This document shows, piece after piece, positions 20,401 through 29,496 of a stretch of 64,000 nucleotides of DNA. Under the pieces are notes generated by a model. The model was not told the origin of the DNA. It saw only the letters and a program-made list of their open reading frames with translations, and did not search any database. The stretch's first letter is position 1. Each line of letters begins with the position of its first letter. Origin of the DNA: a virus (taxonomy: Duplodnaviria > Caudoviricetes); the IMG/VR virus record IMGVR_UViG_3300026549_000895, positions 160,001 to 224,000 of that record; one strand, given 5' to 3'. The position numbers were made by a program, and so were the translations under genes.

Positions 20401-20630
20401 GAACTCATCGCAGCTTTATCCATACTTGTTGTTCTTTTTACATTTGCAGGAACTTCTGTTTCTTCTTGTATACTATTCTGAACAGTATCAACTACAGATG
20501 CTCCAAAAGGGGTACCATCTGCACTATTAGCAATCTTTGCTTTGTTTACAGCATTTTCTAAATTTGATGCATTGGATTTGATGTCAGGTTTAGGAAGCTT
20601 ATCAGTTTCCAGAGTTATATCGAATCCCAT
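17457..20630 (-). CDS. Multidomain virion protein: low-complexity propeptide, HEXXH zinc metallopeptidase with hydrophobic segments, and SMI1/KNR4 (SUKH) domain
   Basis: LLHEIFH, EEQFADAFA and HPTDYQR (M48-like arrangement); SUKH signature AENELGVQLPAAY..QQNGG..EWGYP..GHLEVFLDY..DQE..LAESFGDFIRNL. Confidence 0.75.
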   Translation of the reverse strand: MGFDITLETDKLPKPDIKSNASNLENAVNKAKIANSADGTPFGASVVDTVQNSIQEETEVPANVKRTTSMDKAAMSSPPPAPNKQPEEHYQSSFNASPKVGGPSKSFGESDNIVQNNQDQSSWQKSLAQNRKTVTESDDMENKETEKDLESTWEHPNKTEEAKAVIEAAIAKAPDVVCALESLAHIYHIPEDHIMGDNSLKSIKVHEDFIIAPENTNVQGNKDNIIRAMATLLDNIGLRVDNALDQYQTDCIAKNKEFEVAPEETPSFAAVPSKVYINDQEEPKPQEFGSDNEPPENPEPQAFGPDEQQANEYVEYLYDLYGTPYIGTASFSEMGYNVEKHDYVQESATPASNIKPEDIKYMRFDNSGIVKAIKCFNEVRSEQSDVKEDGALSYQKIIKNPKFKEGIDALAEQFDCRIRLTLEDTDDVVGYTMVDRMVNPRHKVTISKKSGFKLNGFTIYICISTGLLQFASPKEEKNFGQMLTSVLLHEIFHNITTLLAWDNMAWVGAYSATITRAIQVNSPKVKKILIDKYVTYLEETGGKMNKLKKLALKKQLFALCSSKQIQSAFVKAKQIKKTADDSQTFSGNGATGKTADENATVLIDKLNEVIPQLKDQYKTKPGHVASAIVSWCFTALFTAGAAMGCVSGPFGVFAAVSGFIALIKTGIAAYPAMLRKMAQQFKSGKDLEEQFADAFAAMYKLPVVFHFIPSEDHQTKFKYNEMLSTNLDKLVKLFSEIGTLIMDVHPTDYQRASQGIKAAKQILADGGKFIDPTQKRYLEWLVNGFDSIEDTSVDDVVLGESPVFDPNATADLNKHLENLIQHGRKNINITESFNFNDLMDRRDMIYNEQLSIQSDFWDNSSTYGQKFIGNPVSDDDITSAENELGVQLPAAYKELIKQQNGGMVNRCIFPCGYKTGWSNDHIEITDILGIDKNKPSIFGTEYLQSEWGYPEGYLNIANTPVSGHLEVFLDYREAGPNADPPVVSIDQEDNYKVTLLAESFGDFIRNLITKDEFENLVRHGRKNISESERPTVAIIDGKVGVLDPNAEDKTWSNPQAR
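17559..18182. repeat. 33-bp imperfect direct repeat flanking the SUKH cassette (17559-17591 and 18150-18182)
   Basis: GATATTCTTTCTGCCGTGTCGAACAAGATTCTC versus GATATTCTTTCTACCGTGTTGAATAAGATTCTC (3 mismatches). Confidence 0.9.
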
Positions 20631-20651
20631 TTATATCAAACTCCTTTCATA

Positions 20652-21851
20652 TTACTTATTTCTGATTTGATTCATTCGATTCATCATGAATGTTGCTATC
20701 AAACAAATATGAGCTTTTACAATTTCGCCATCATATCCATACTTTCTACGAAGCGGAATAACAACAGGCTTTCCAGGAACAGCTCTATCGACAGCTGTAG
20801 GAAATCCTTTTATTCGAGATATAAACTTTGTTGAGTTTATATCATCTAAAGTATTTCCTTCTTTCACTATAAACACATAAAAGATTCCATCTATTATCAT
20901 TCCGATATCAGAAATATCTATTGACTGTGCATATTTGTAAAGTTCATCTTTCTTAACGGATTTTAATTTGGCAATGCCTTCATAAAGTCCAGAAGTCTTC
21001 TTAGCATACAATTCATCTTTTCCGCGAATCAAACCCACAAGCTTATCTCTCAAATGAATGGTATTTCCGGTCAGAGTGAATTGATCAAAAACATCTCCAT
21101 CATTACCAACTTCTTTATTTTCCTCAATATTCTTATAATACATCTTGGCGAGTTGATACATGTTCTGATTGTATGAATTTCTCAATCTATTTAAGAAATC
21201 AACAACAACCTTTGGAGATGGTTTTAACAATAATGAATTTCTGTAAAAGTTCCAACAAGTATCAAGAGTAGAATCAATCCAATCTAATAATGAAGCGGAT
21301 TGAGTGATCTCATACTTATTGGACAAATGTGAATATGTATATTCCATTGCCTTTGGATTGAAATTCAATTTCTTCTGGAAATACTTAACGAACATTCTTG
21401 AATATTGTGTAACTGACAATTGTTCCTTTGCAGAATCTTTCAGCTTACGATAGCCTATCTGCTCTCCAAATACAATTACCAAAACATGAAGTACCGTAAT
21501 CGGTACTTCAGTTATGGTTTTAAAGTTATTTGTTGCATGAACTTCTTTTGTCAGTTGAACAATCTTTTCTTTGAGAGAAGCATTTGTAAAGTCGAATAAT
21601 GCCAAACAGTTATCAATGTATTTCTTCGGCCACTTAACAGGTCCTGTTGGATAATGCTTTGATAACATATCGGCATTTTCGGATAAGAAAGTAGCACCGT
21701 ATTCAATATATGCATTTCGCTTTTCCGTTATCTGCATATTTGTATATACAACTTCCATCAGCTCTTCCAACACCGGAGATGTTGAATATGCTTCTGTGAT
21801 TATATCCAGTGCTTCTTCTTCAGTGAATTCTTCCTCAAAAAAGTTAAACAT
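20652..21851 (-). CDS. Hypothetical virion-associated protein
   Basis: 399-aa ORF with a short acidic N-terminus ending IITEA; in the same gene run as the RNAP beta C-terminal subunit. Confidence 0.5.
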   Translation of the reverse strand: MFNFFEEEFTEEEALDIITEAYSTSPVLEELMEVVYTNMQITEKRNAYIEYGATFLSENADMLSKHYPTGPVKWPKKYIDNCLALFDFTNASLKEKIVQLTKEVHATNNFKTITEVPITVLHVLVIVFGEQIGYRKLKDSAKEQLSVTQYSRMFVKYFQKKLNFNPKAMEYTYSHLSNKYEITQSASLLDWIDSTLDTCWNFYRNSLLLKPSPKVVVDFLNRLRNSYNQNMYQLAKMYYKNIEENKEVGNDGDVFDQFTLTGNTIHLRDKLVGLIRGKDELYAKKTSGLYEGIAKLKSVKKDELYKYAQSIDISDIGMIIDGIFYVFIVKEGNTLDDINSTKFISRIKGFPTAVDRAVPGKPVVIPLRRKYGYDGEIVKAHICLIATFMMNRMNQIRNK

Positions 21852-21867
21852 GACAAATCACCTTTTC

Positions 21868-22416
21868 TTACTTATTATGGCGATTCTTCTTGTTCTTCTT
21901 CTTTGAATTCTGATTCTCTGTCGCAGTAGGAGTCTCCTCTACTTCCTCTTCAGATTCGTCCTCTGTAGTATCCTCGGTTTCATCAACCACTTCCTCTTCA
22001 ACAGCGGGAATAGCAGTCTTAGCTACCTCAAGTGCTTCATCAAGAAGACCCTCAGCAAGAGTGATGTCATCAACAGAAGCTTCTACAGGAGTTTCCTCTT
22101 CCTTGATAACTTCGGTCTCGATACCAGCTGATTCTGCCTTCTCAATCAAAGCTTCAACAGGAGCCTTCTCCTCTACCTTCTTCTCAGGAACATCCTTTTT
22201 CTTAATAGGAGCAGCTACCTTTACAGAACCCTGATTAGCGAAGATCTGAGCAATGTTGTTCATTGTGATAATATCAGGAGAATCAGCAAGAGTAACCTTG
22301 AGAGTTTTTACCTTAAGAATACGAGCAACCTGCTGCTGGTCAAGATCAACGTTTCTGACAGGAGCCAGCATTTTCAGTCCAGGGATAAGTCCCTTACCAA
22401 GAATATTTACATTCAT
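21868..22416 (-). CDS. Hypothetical protein with an acidic body and a basic C-terminal tail
   Basis: RBS GAGG; E-rich region; ends SKKKNKKNRHNK. Confidence 0.55.
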   Translation of the reverse strand: MNVNILGKGLIPGLKMLAPVRNVDLDQQQVARILKVKTLKVTLADSPDIITMNNIAQIFANQGSVKVAAPIKKKDVPEKKVEEKAPVEALIEKAESAGIETEVIKEEETPVEASVDDITLAEGLLDEALEVAKTAIPAVEEEVVDETEDTTEDESEEEVEETPTATENQNSKKKNKKNRHNK

Positions 22417-22438
22417 TATTAATTACCTCATCTTTCAT

Positions 22439-23188
22439 TTAATTTCGATTTTTGTTCATCATTTCACGAATCTTGTTAATTGCATAATAGGATTCTGAAA
22501 CCAAGTCTGTTTTCAATCCCATAGCAGCAAAGAACAAATCCGCCTGTAACAGTGTAGGTTTATCAAGAATACCAGTTTTGATATTTTCCAATTTAACGGA
22601 ACCTTTCTCCGAAATTTCTTCTACCATATTCTGATATTCATTAACATTATCTCCACGAGCACCAGTAAACTCAGAAAGGATTTCTTTTGCTCCAACTCCG
22701 GCAAGCAATTCGTTCTCCATTCCAGTCATAGTACCGCCCTTTGAATCACCCTTAGCTTCACCTGTCATCTCATCGACATCTGAATCTGACAAGATAAGAC
22801 CCTGCTTTTTGGTGACCAATTGCTGTGGTCTTTTTATGTTAAGATAAGCTACCAGTACAGGAGTTCGTGATCTTATTGGGCGGTTCGGGTCACTGGAGAT
22901 ATGTGGCATATAGATGTATTCAAACAATTTTAGATGTAACAAATCCGCAGCTTTCTCAACATTCTCAAATTTGATCTTTCTATTTTCAGGACCAAATTCT
23001 TCAATGTCAATTCTGAGATTACTTTTCTTATCTCCAAATAACTTTTGGAAATACTCATCGAACTGTTTGTCATTCATTGTCTGAAACATGTTTCGATATT
23101 TCTTTGCATTCACTCCAGATGGATCGATAGTACTGACAACATCATCAATTAATTTTTCCATCTTTTTTCGTTTGTCAGAAGTTATCAT
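22439..23188 (-). CDS. Multisubunit RNA polymerase, beta C-terminal subunit (probably virion RNAP)
   Basis: YLNIKRPQQ..KK..D..TGEAKGDSKGG..GMENELLAGVGAKEILSEFTGARGD corresponds to the RpoB C-terminal TQQP..GG..GEME..L...GA...L.E....KSD block; located among structural genes. Confidence 0.75.
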   Translation of the reverse strand: MITSDKRKKMEKLIDDVVSTIDPSGVNAKKYRNMFQTMNDKQFDEYFQKLFGDKKSNLRIDIEEFGPENRKIKFENVEKAADLLHLKLFEYIYMPHISSDPNRPIRSRTPVLVAYLNIKRPQQLVTKKQGLILSDSDVDEMTGEAKGDSKGGTMTGMENELLAGVGAKEILSEFTGARGDNVNEYQNMVEEISEKGSVKLENIKTGILDKPTLLQADLFFAAMGLKTDLVSESYYAINKIREMMNKNRN

Positions 23189-23205
23189 ATAACCACCTTC
23201 CTTTC

Positions 23206-23694
23206 TTATTCAACATATGCTTTCTGAATATATAATTCTTTGAGCTTATTATATGAGATACCTATGACAACTCTGTTTCCTTTAGTACCATATGTCGATC
23301 TTTCAGTTCCTGATATTTCAAGAACTAAAGCGTCAACACCATCTGATGTTTTATCAAAGTAAACATCAACTGTTACTCCAGCAATAGCAAGCATATCACA
23401 TTGCTCTGCTATTTTATCTTTTATCACAATTGGAGTATTTGGATCATCAGAATATTCCATCAAATATCCTTCGATATTAATTCCTAATTCAGGAATTGAA
23501 GGATACTGTCCAGGTTTCATCATAAGTAATGTGAGTATGACATTAACACACATCTCAAACGTTGAAATGACTTTTGGTTTATACATTGAATCAGTATCCA
23601 TTAAACAGTCATATCCAAGTGGTTGAAAAGAAGGCGGGTATTTATTCTTTATTTCATCCAATGTCATACCGATTATATTATCAGCATTTACCAT
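23206..23694 (-). CDS. Baseplate wedge protein, gp25-like
   Basis: LLMMKPGQYPSIPELG motif; size 162 aa. Confidence 0.6.
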   Translation of the reverse strand: MVNADNIIGMTLDEIKNKYPPSFQPLGYDCLMDTDSMYKPKVISTFEMCVNVILTLLMMKPGQYPSIPELGINIEGYLMEYSDDPNTPIVIKDKIAEQCDMLAIAGVTVDVYFDKTSDGVDALVLEISGTERSTYGTKGNRVVIGISYNKLKELYIQKAYVE

Positions 23695-23710
23695 TTAAAT
23701 CTCTCCTTTC

Positions 23711-24451
23711 TTAAGTTGGATGATTGTTATCAGTCTTCACATATTCAGATAAGAATTCATCATATTTCTTGTCAAGAATTTTGATGTAATAGTGTCCCAT
23801 CTTCCTACATTCATTTTCCATCATAGCATCTTTTCTTCTCTCAATATCCCTGAGATGTTCCATATAATTATCATTATAACCACCTTGCTTGATTTCAACA
23901 TGTAAACTCAAAGAAGGAATAAAGAAATCCGGAATGTAGAGATGTGTTGTACCATCTTTCCACTTGTACCAGAAGTCAGTTGGAGATGGAGCTATGATAT
24001 CATCCGGATCCCATTCCAATGACTTTAAGAACTTCAAGAAATCCTCTTCATAACTACCAATGATTCTGAAGGTATGTTTGTCATCCCATTTAAAGTCTTT
24101 GGCATCATGATGATTGTACAACATCTTTCGTTGCTGATCAGCTTCATTCAGAAGATGTTCTTTGCCGTATACTTTCACCATATTTGATTTGGCTTGTTTT
24201 GTATATTCTTCTTTACATTTTTCTGAACAGATTCGACCGTATTTCAGTGTCTCTTCATTGAACTTAACATTGTTCTTTTTACAAACAACACACAGTCTTC
24301 CAACCGGTTTCTTCACTAATAAAGAATATGCAAATTCCAAAGGTTCATATTCCTCTGGAACTTGGTCGTTATGCTTTTCTGCTATATGATGACAATACTT
24401 TTGTTTGTCATTAAATATTTTTGTACAGAACGGACATTTTGTATTACGCAA
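23711..24451 (-). CDS. Zinc-finger PD-(D/E)xK nuclease (TnsA-like / head-completion nuclease)
   Basis: CPFC..H....H and CVVC..CSEKC; YIPDF..VEIK. Confidence 0.7.
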   Translation of the reverse strand: MRNTKCPFCTKIFNDKQKYCHHIAEKHNDQVPEEYEPLEFAYSLLVKKPVGRLCVVCKKNNVKFNEETLKYGRICSEKCKEEYTKQAKSNMVKVYGKEHLLNEADQQRKMLYNHHDAKDFKWDDKHTFRIIGSYEEDFLKFLKSLEWDPDDIIAPSPTDFWYKWKDGTTHLYIPDFFIPSLSLHVEIKQGGYNDNYMEHLRDIERRKDAMMENECRKMGHYYIKILDKKYDEFLSEYVKTDNNHPT

Positions 24452-24603
24452 ATCATTTCACTCCTTTATCAAAATTAAATATAATAATAGTTTTATTAAA
24501 CCAAAATTACCCCAGCGTTCAACGATATTTCTTTTTTAGATATATATGATTAAAAAGAAATGGGATAAATACATTCTCAATATATAATTAATTTGAAGAA
24601 GGA

Positions 24604-24900
24604 GTGATGGTAAATATGGGGTCATTGATGTATTCGGATAATGATATTGATTCTCTTGAATATAGAATGAAAAATCATGTTCGAAGAATATCAATTAATG
24701 ATTTAAATATCTTAGGCTATGGATTAAAGCAATATATTGAACGATACAAAACATTGTTTGTTTATGATGAAGAAGAAGAAAAAATACTTAATGAATTGGA
24801 TACCATTTCCGATTTATTGATTACTCGTCAATATGATAAACTTATACATGACCCAAGATATATGATAACCACAGAAGACAACCGCGAAGATTATATTTGA
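24604..24900 (+). CDS. Hypothetical protein
   Basis: RBS AAGGAG; candidate early promoter at 24540. Confidence 0.55.
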   Translation: MMVNMGSLMYSDNDIDSLEYRMKNHVRRISINDLNILGYGLKQYIERYKTLFVYDEEEEKILNELDTISDLLITRQYDKLIHDPRYMITTEDNREDYI

Positions 24901-25127
24901 AAGGATTTGATTTTATGAAAAATAACAACCAACCCAAATTCATACATTTGACATCTACAAACGGAACTCAGTTCCGAATCAATTCATCTGAGATTGGTAT
25001 GTATGTCAAACCAGAAGGTTCAGAAAACACATCATTGTTTATGACTGGTGAGAATGGTACAAAGGTAATGGTTAAAGAAACACCAGATGAGATTGATAAG
25101 ATGTTAGGTATCAATTTCAATGTATGA
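24897..25127 (+). CDS. Small FlbD-like protein
   Basis: FIHLTSTNG..FRINSSEI..T......G.KVMVKETPDEI pattern; true start may be ATG at 24915. Confidence 0.45.
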   Translation: MKGFDFMKNNNQPKFIHLTSTNGTQFRINSSEIGMYVKPEGSENTSLFMTGENGTKVMVKETPDEIDKMLGINFNV

Positions 25128-25380
25128 TAATAATGAATACAGTAATCTCATTTATTGGGATTACTGTATTTTTTTATTTTTCTAATGAATATAACTCTTA
25201 TGTACTTCTTTTACTTCTGAACCAAAAACTTAGCAAATTTTTGGCTGTACTTGCTTTTCTTCGGGAGAAACTGACAACACAAGATTGCCAAGGCCACCAA
25301 CCTGAGATGAAAAAGAGCAAATAGAGAAAGTCAGATAAGGAATGTAACCCGAATCCGTTAATGTATGACCCCGCGCCAGC

Positions 25381-25414
25381 GGGGGAAAGGGGGAGGGGGC
25401 TATGGGGGAGGGGG
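25381..25414 (+). other. G-quadruplex-forming tract (five G5 runs)
   Basis: GGGGG AAA GGGGG A GGGGG CTAT GGGGG A GGGGG in a non-coding gap. Confidence 0.75.
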
Positions 25415-25458
25415 AATCCCTGGGAAGATTTTTATTTTTTGTAATGAAAGAATTCAAA

Positions 25459-25470
25459 AACGAGTGGATA
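25459..25470 (+). promoter_or_regulatory. Candidate late promoter AAC[AG]-N6-TA (representative copy)
   Basis: Copies upstream of structural gene runs: 24508-24519(-), 25459-25470(+), 51404-51415(-), 51429-51440(+); resembles the AR9 late promoter AACA-N6-TA. Confidence 0.35.
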
Positions 25471-25521
25471 ATTTGATTAATATACTATTATTATATTATT
25501 ATCAAAATTAAAATTTTAATT

Positions 25522-28500
25522 ATGAAAGGAATGAGTTTAATGTCAGACACAAAGTTTGTTTTTTCTGGGAACTTTGAGAAGCAAATAGATTTATTGTGTA
25601 AAGCATATGATAAATTGTATACTGCTTTGAATGGTTTGAAGAATGAAAAGTTTGGGAATTATGGTTTGTGTTGTGTTGACTATGGTTTCCGAATTATCAG
25701 ACCTTCTGATGTTGCTACTTATGTAGATTATCTTCTGAAGATGATGCAGAGTAGACAGTTGGATTTTGGCAGTCCTACTGATTTGAATGTGTTCAATGTA
25801 TCTTTTGTTAAGAAGGTACTGAAAGAGAACGGTTCTGATTCATTAGAGAAAGCAATGGAAAATGCTTGTGGTTTGAGTTGGATTAATCCTAAGAGAACGA
25901 ATCTTGATAATGTACGTAGTATGCTTGAGAGAGAATGCTTTAGGACGATGATTTATTCAAACTGGGAAATGATGAAGAGAGTTCGTAGTGATCAGTTTGA
26001 GAGTGATTTGAAACTGATTTCGGATATGGGTTTTGTTCGTACAATGAAGAACGTTGTGAATGCAATACCTGGAATCCTGAATGGAGACGATTACTTCAAG
26101 GGAATTGGTAATTCACACTTGGTGGATCTGGTTCGTGTTAATATTGAAGAAATGATTATCTTCGTATTTGCTTTGAATATTCGAACAATGATGAGCATGA
26201 AGAGATATGGCTCACCTCGTTCTTCTTATGATGTACCTTCTTCATCTCACGAGGTACTGAATTTCAATGAGAGTGTTGATGTGTCGAAATGCAGACCTGT
26301 ATTCATTGTTCTGACTGAAGGCAAGACTCCTTTGATGTCAGCTGGTATTCGTCATATTACCCATTCGAACTTCACTCATGTTTCAATTGGATTTGATCCT
26401 TCTTTGAACAAAATGTATTCTTTCGGCGGTCCTTATCAGGGTGATGAGTATTCATCTGATTCTTTCGGTTGTAGAATAGAATCAATGGGAGACGGTGTAC
26501 TGGCTGACAAATACGTCAAAGTGTTTGTTTGTTGGATATCTGCTGATTCGGTTTATAAGATGATGGAAACTTGCGAAGATTTCATCAATAACCAATCTGA
26601 TACTCGTTTCAATTGGAGTATGATTCGTAACTTCGTACTCGGTATCGATAAGGACATGGGAAGTGATAAGTATCATCAGATCTGTTCTTCTTTCGTGAAC
26701 TTGCTGTTCAAGAACGTCGGAATTCAATTGTTCGATGATAAGAATGTACCTTCGCCTGTTGACTATGAAAACATGGTTGATGATAACAAAGATAAGTTTG
26801 TTCAGATCTACTATGGTAAGGCATCGGGTTATTCCGACAAATACTTCGTGATCGCGGATAAGTTCGCAACAAAGAAGAAGTCACAACAGTTCGATGATGT
26901 AGTGACCGAGTGTTGTTTGTTGAAGACGAACAGATTCGTATTTTCCAACAAGATTCCGTATAACTGCAACTTCCGTGATATCGTGTGCAACGATATGCAT
27001 CCTCACTTCAAAGATACCAAGTCGGCTTTGATGTACATTCTCGGAAATGTTGATTCTCCAATTTGTATGCTGTTGACTGAATATGCTTCTCAACAGGCAA
27101 TGGATATACTGATGAATGGCAATGCGGTGGATTCTTCATTCTTGAAGATGATAACAAGAGTGTGTCCTTATGATTCTTCATATGTTGATCATCATGAATT
27201 CAAGAAATACACAACAACCGATACCGAGGATGACTACTATAAGAAGTGGCACAATATCGGTATGCAGACTGATCCGAACTGGCTCGACAAGATTGCATAT
27301 GGCAACAACTTTCTTGACGGTAATTACCGTCGCGATGCTATGGGCACTGGTAATTCAATGCCCATTGCGAATACACTCGATATGATCTGGAAGATGTATT
27401 CTGTGGATTCTTGCGACAATAAGACTCTTGCTGATAACATTTGCAAGATAGGTGGTTTGATGCTGAACATCATAAAGGTATATTCCCAAAACAGACTTCC
27501 CAACTGGGAATTCGTTCGTGATGTTCTGAGTGTTCTTGGTGAATTGTTGACTCGTTCAATGCTTCATTTGTATGCTAATAACACCGAAATCATTTCGCTG
27601 TCTGATACAATGGAAGATACCAATGATCCTGGTTATATGTATTCTGAAGCATTCTATATTATGGAAGCTGACGATAACAATCAACAACAACAATCCAATG
27701 GTGGTAAAGTTCAAGGTGCAACCATTGCTGGTGACACTTCTAAACCTGGTGCTGTTGGTGGTGCATTAGCCAGTGCGAAAGCCGCTGCTAAATCATTCCT
27801 TAAGTGGGTTATAAAGGCATTCGGTCATATCGTTGAAGATTTCAAAAATCGTCATGTCAATGAAATGAACGCTGTCTTGAAGGATAACGCTGAAATCAAC
27901 GATAAAATCTCTGCGGCCGTTGGAAAGGATTATACTGTAACATTGAACGGTTTCCGCAATTATGATTTCAAACCCGACGTTGTTAAGGGATTATTCTCAT
28001 CGGTTGCTGAATTCATGGATCCCAAGAGATTTGGTGATAAGGAATATTCAGCTGCAAATGTGCTTGCAGAAGCATATTCGAAAACACTTAGTCAAGCAAC
28101 AATTTCTCCGGATGAAATGAAGGATGATAAGAAGCGTGCTGAAGCATTGGTAACTTGGGCACTGCACGGAAAGTATCCTTATAAACCCGATCAGGATAAT
28201 TCGAGTAAAAGGCTTGATAATGAAACATGGAATAATATTGTTAACAGTCTGAAAGATTTCTCCAATAACCAGAAGCTTGTAGCTGACCAGTTCAAGAATG
28301 ATCTTGATAATGTCGGTAAGAAGGTTGAGGCTCAAACAACCGATGAGAAGAATTCCGCTAATGTAAATAAGGAAATTCTTACAAAACTCTCATTGGATTC
28401 TGCGGCTATTCAGACTGCATTGATGAAACAGTTCTTCAAGTTCAATTACGAGACTTATTCGAATATTGTAAACAACTTCAAGTCCAAGGGTGAGTCTTCA

Positions 28501-28614
28501 TCTTCTGATAACAACAATAATGAACAACCTAAGACGGAAGGTACTGATGAAGTTTCTGCTGATACAGGTGCTGATGCTTCTAATAACAATAATGCTCAGC
28601 CTAAGGAACAATAA
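25522..28614 (+). CDS. Large inner-head protein with an embedded permuted papain-like (NlpC/P60, YiiX/C92-type) domain
   Basis: PVFIVL..FTHVSI (His) precedes QICSSFV (Cys) and PSPVDY; flanking FNES and VVTEC sites, plus IMEA. Confidence 0.65.
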   Translation: MKGMSLMSDTKFVFSGNFEKQIDLLCKAYDKLYTALNGLKNEKFGNYGLCCVDYGFRIIRPSDVATYVDYLLKMMQSRQLDFGSPTDLNVFNVSFVKKVLKENGSDSLEKAMENACGLSWINPKRTNLDNVRSMLERECFRTMIYSNWEMMKRVRSDQFESDLKLISDMGFVRTMKNVVNAIPGILNGDDYFKGIGNSHLVDLVRVNIEEMIIFVFALNIRTMMSMKRYGSPRSSYDVPSSSHEVLNFNESVDVSKCRPVFIVLTEGKTPLMSAGIRHITHSNFTHVSIGFDPSLNKMYSFGGPYQGDEYSSDSFGCRIESMGDGVLADKYVKVFVCWISADSVYKMMETCEDFINNQSDTRFNWSMIRNFVLGIDKDMGSDKYHQICSSFVNLLFKNVGIQLFDDKNVPSPVDYENMVDDNKDKFVQIYYGKASGYSDKYFVIADKFATKKKSQQFDDVVTECCLLKTNRFVFSNKIPYNCNFRDIVCNDMHPHFKDTKSALMYILGNVDSPICMLLTEYASQQAMDILMNGNAVDSSFLKMITRVCPYDSSYVDHHEFKKYTTTDTEDDYYKKWHNIGMQTDPNWLDKIAYGNNFLDGNYRRDAMGTGNSMPIANTLDMIWKMYSVDSCDNKTLADNICKIGGLMLNIIKVYSQNRLPNWEFVRDVLSVLGELLTRSMLHLYANNTEIISLSDTMEDTNDPGYMYSEAFYIMEADDNNQQQQSNGGKVQGATIAGDTSKPGAVGGALASAKAAAKSFLKWVIKAFGHIVEDFKNRHVNEMNAVLKDNAEINDKISAAVGKDYTVTLNGFRNYDFKPDVVKGLFSSVAEFMDPKRFGDKEYSAANVLAEAYSKTLSQATISPDEMKDDKKRAEALVTWALHGKYPYKPDQDNSSKRLDNETWNNIVNSLKDFSNNQKLVADQFKNDLDNVGKKVEAQTTDEKNSANVNKEILTKLSLDSAAIQTALMKQFFKFNYETYSNIVNNFKSKGESSSSDNNNNEQPKTEGTDEVSADTGADASNNNNAQPKEQ

Positions 28615-28635
28615 AAAAGAAAGGAGTTAAAGAAT

Positions 28636-29493
28636 ATGCCACTTAAGTCAACTCAAACAAACAAATACGAAACCGCATGTTTCGTACAGGAAGCTGGAGT
28701 AGGAGCAAACATGGACAGAGGAACTCTTAAGATTCTTAAGAATAAATCTGATGGCCGTCCATATTGTAAATTCGATTCCGTACTGTGGTCATTCGCTGGT
28801 AAGAATAGAATGGGAAGATTCTATGATATCAATAATGCAAAGGCATGTATTAATAACGACACCAGAATCCAGAAGTTGAAATCCATCAACAAATGGAGAG
28901 GAGAACTGAATCATCCTAATCCGGACATCAAAGGACAGGAATTCAACTCTATCAGAATGACTATTCCTGAGCAGACCAGAACCTCTCACTTCATAAACAA
29001 GGATAGATTCGATGGTCTTCAGTACAAGGCTGAGATTACTACAAATGGTGCTAATACCGAATGTGGCAATCAGGTAAACTGGGAAATCATTGATAATGGT
29101 TCAGTACCGGATTTCTCTGTACGCCTTATGGGAATTATGATTCCTAATGCTCCTATGGGTAGACCGAATATGAGAGTCAACAGAGTCATTACTTTTGACA
29201 TGGTTGATTTCCCTTCACACGAAGATGCTGAAGCAGATATCAAACCTGTTCAGGAATCAGCTGACATTTGTAAGATTATATTCCTTCAGGATCTGGCAAA
29301 GTACTGTGTTGAACAGTCTGAGAATCTCAGATGTGTATGTGAATCATTTGAAATTACTCCTGAGGAAGTATATGGAATCAGAGATGGTTCTATTGAAATT
29401 CATCAACGCGACTCTTCTAAGATTCTGATTCCTATGGAGAAGCAGATCAGAAGAGAAGCTATCTCAATTATTCTTGGAAAGGGGATTCTGTAA
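28636..29493 (+). CDS. Prohead core protease (T4 gp21-like)
   Basis: GELNHP, FSVR..G and TFDMVDFPS motifs; upstream of the capsid gene. Confidence 0.85.
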   Translation: MPLKSTQTNKYETACFVQEAGVGANMDRGTLKILKNKSDGRPYCKFDSVLWSFAGKNRMGRFYDINNAKACINNDTRIQKLKSINKWRGELNHPNPDIKGQEFNSIRMTIPEQTRTSHFINKDRFDGLQYKAEITTNGANTECGNQVNWEIIDNGSVPDFSVRLMGIMIPNAPMGRPNMRVNRVITFDMVDFPSHEDAEADIKPVQESADICKIIFLQDLAKYCVEQSENLRCVCESFEITPEEVYGIRDGSIEIHQRDSSKILIPMEKQIRREAISIILGKGIL

Positions 29494-29496
29494 TTT

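Noticed and set aside
23711-24451. Tn7-like transposon or homing endonuclease
   Set aside because: No other transposition genes or element ends; its position beside baseplate genes fits a phage head-completion-type nuclease
25124-25457. ORFs 25124..25324(+) and 25230..25457(-)
   Set aside because: They run through a terminator-like hairpin or the G tract, have low-complexity translations and lack a convincing RBS
26268-26912. Direct repeat flanking the papain-like domain
   Set aside because: Only an 8-bp match (GAGTGTTG), too short to distinguish from chance
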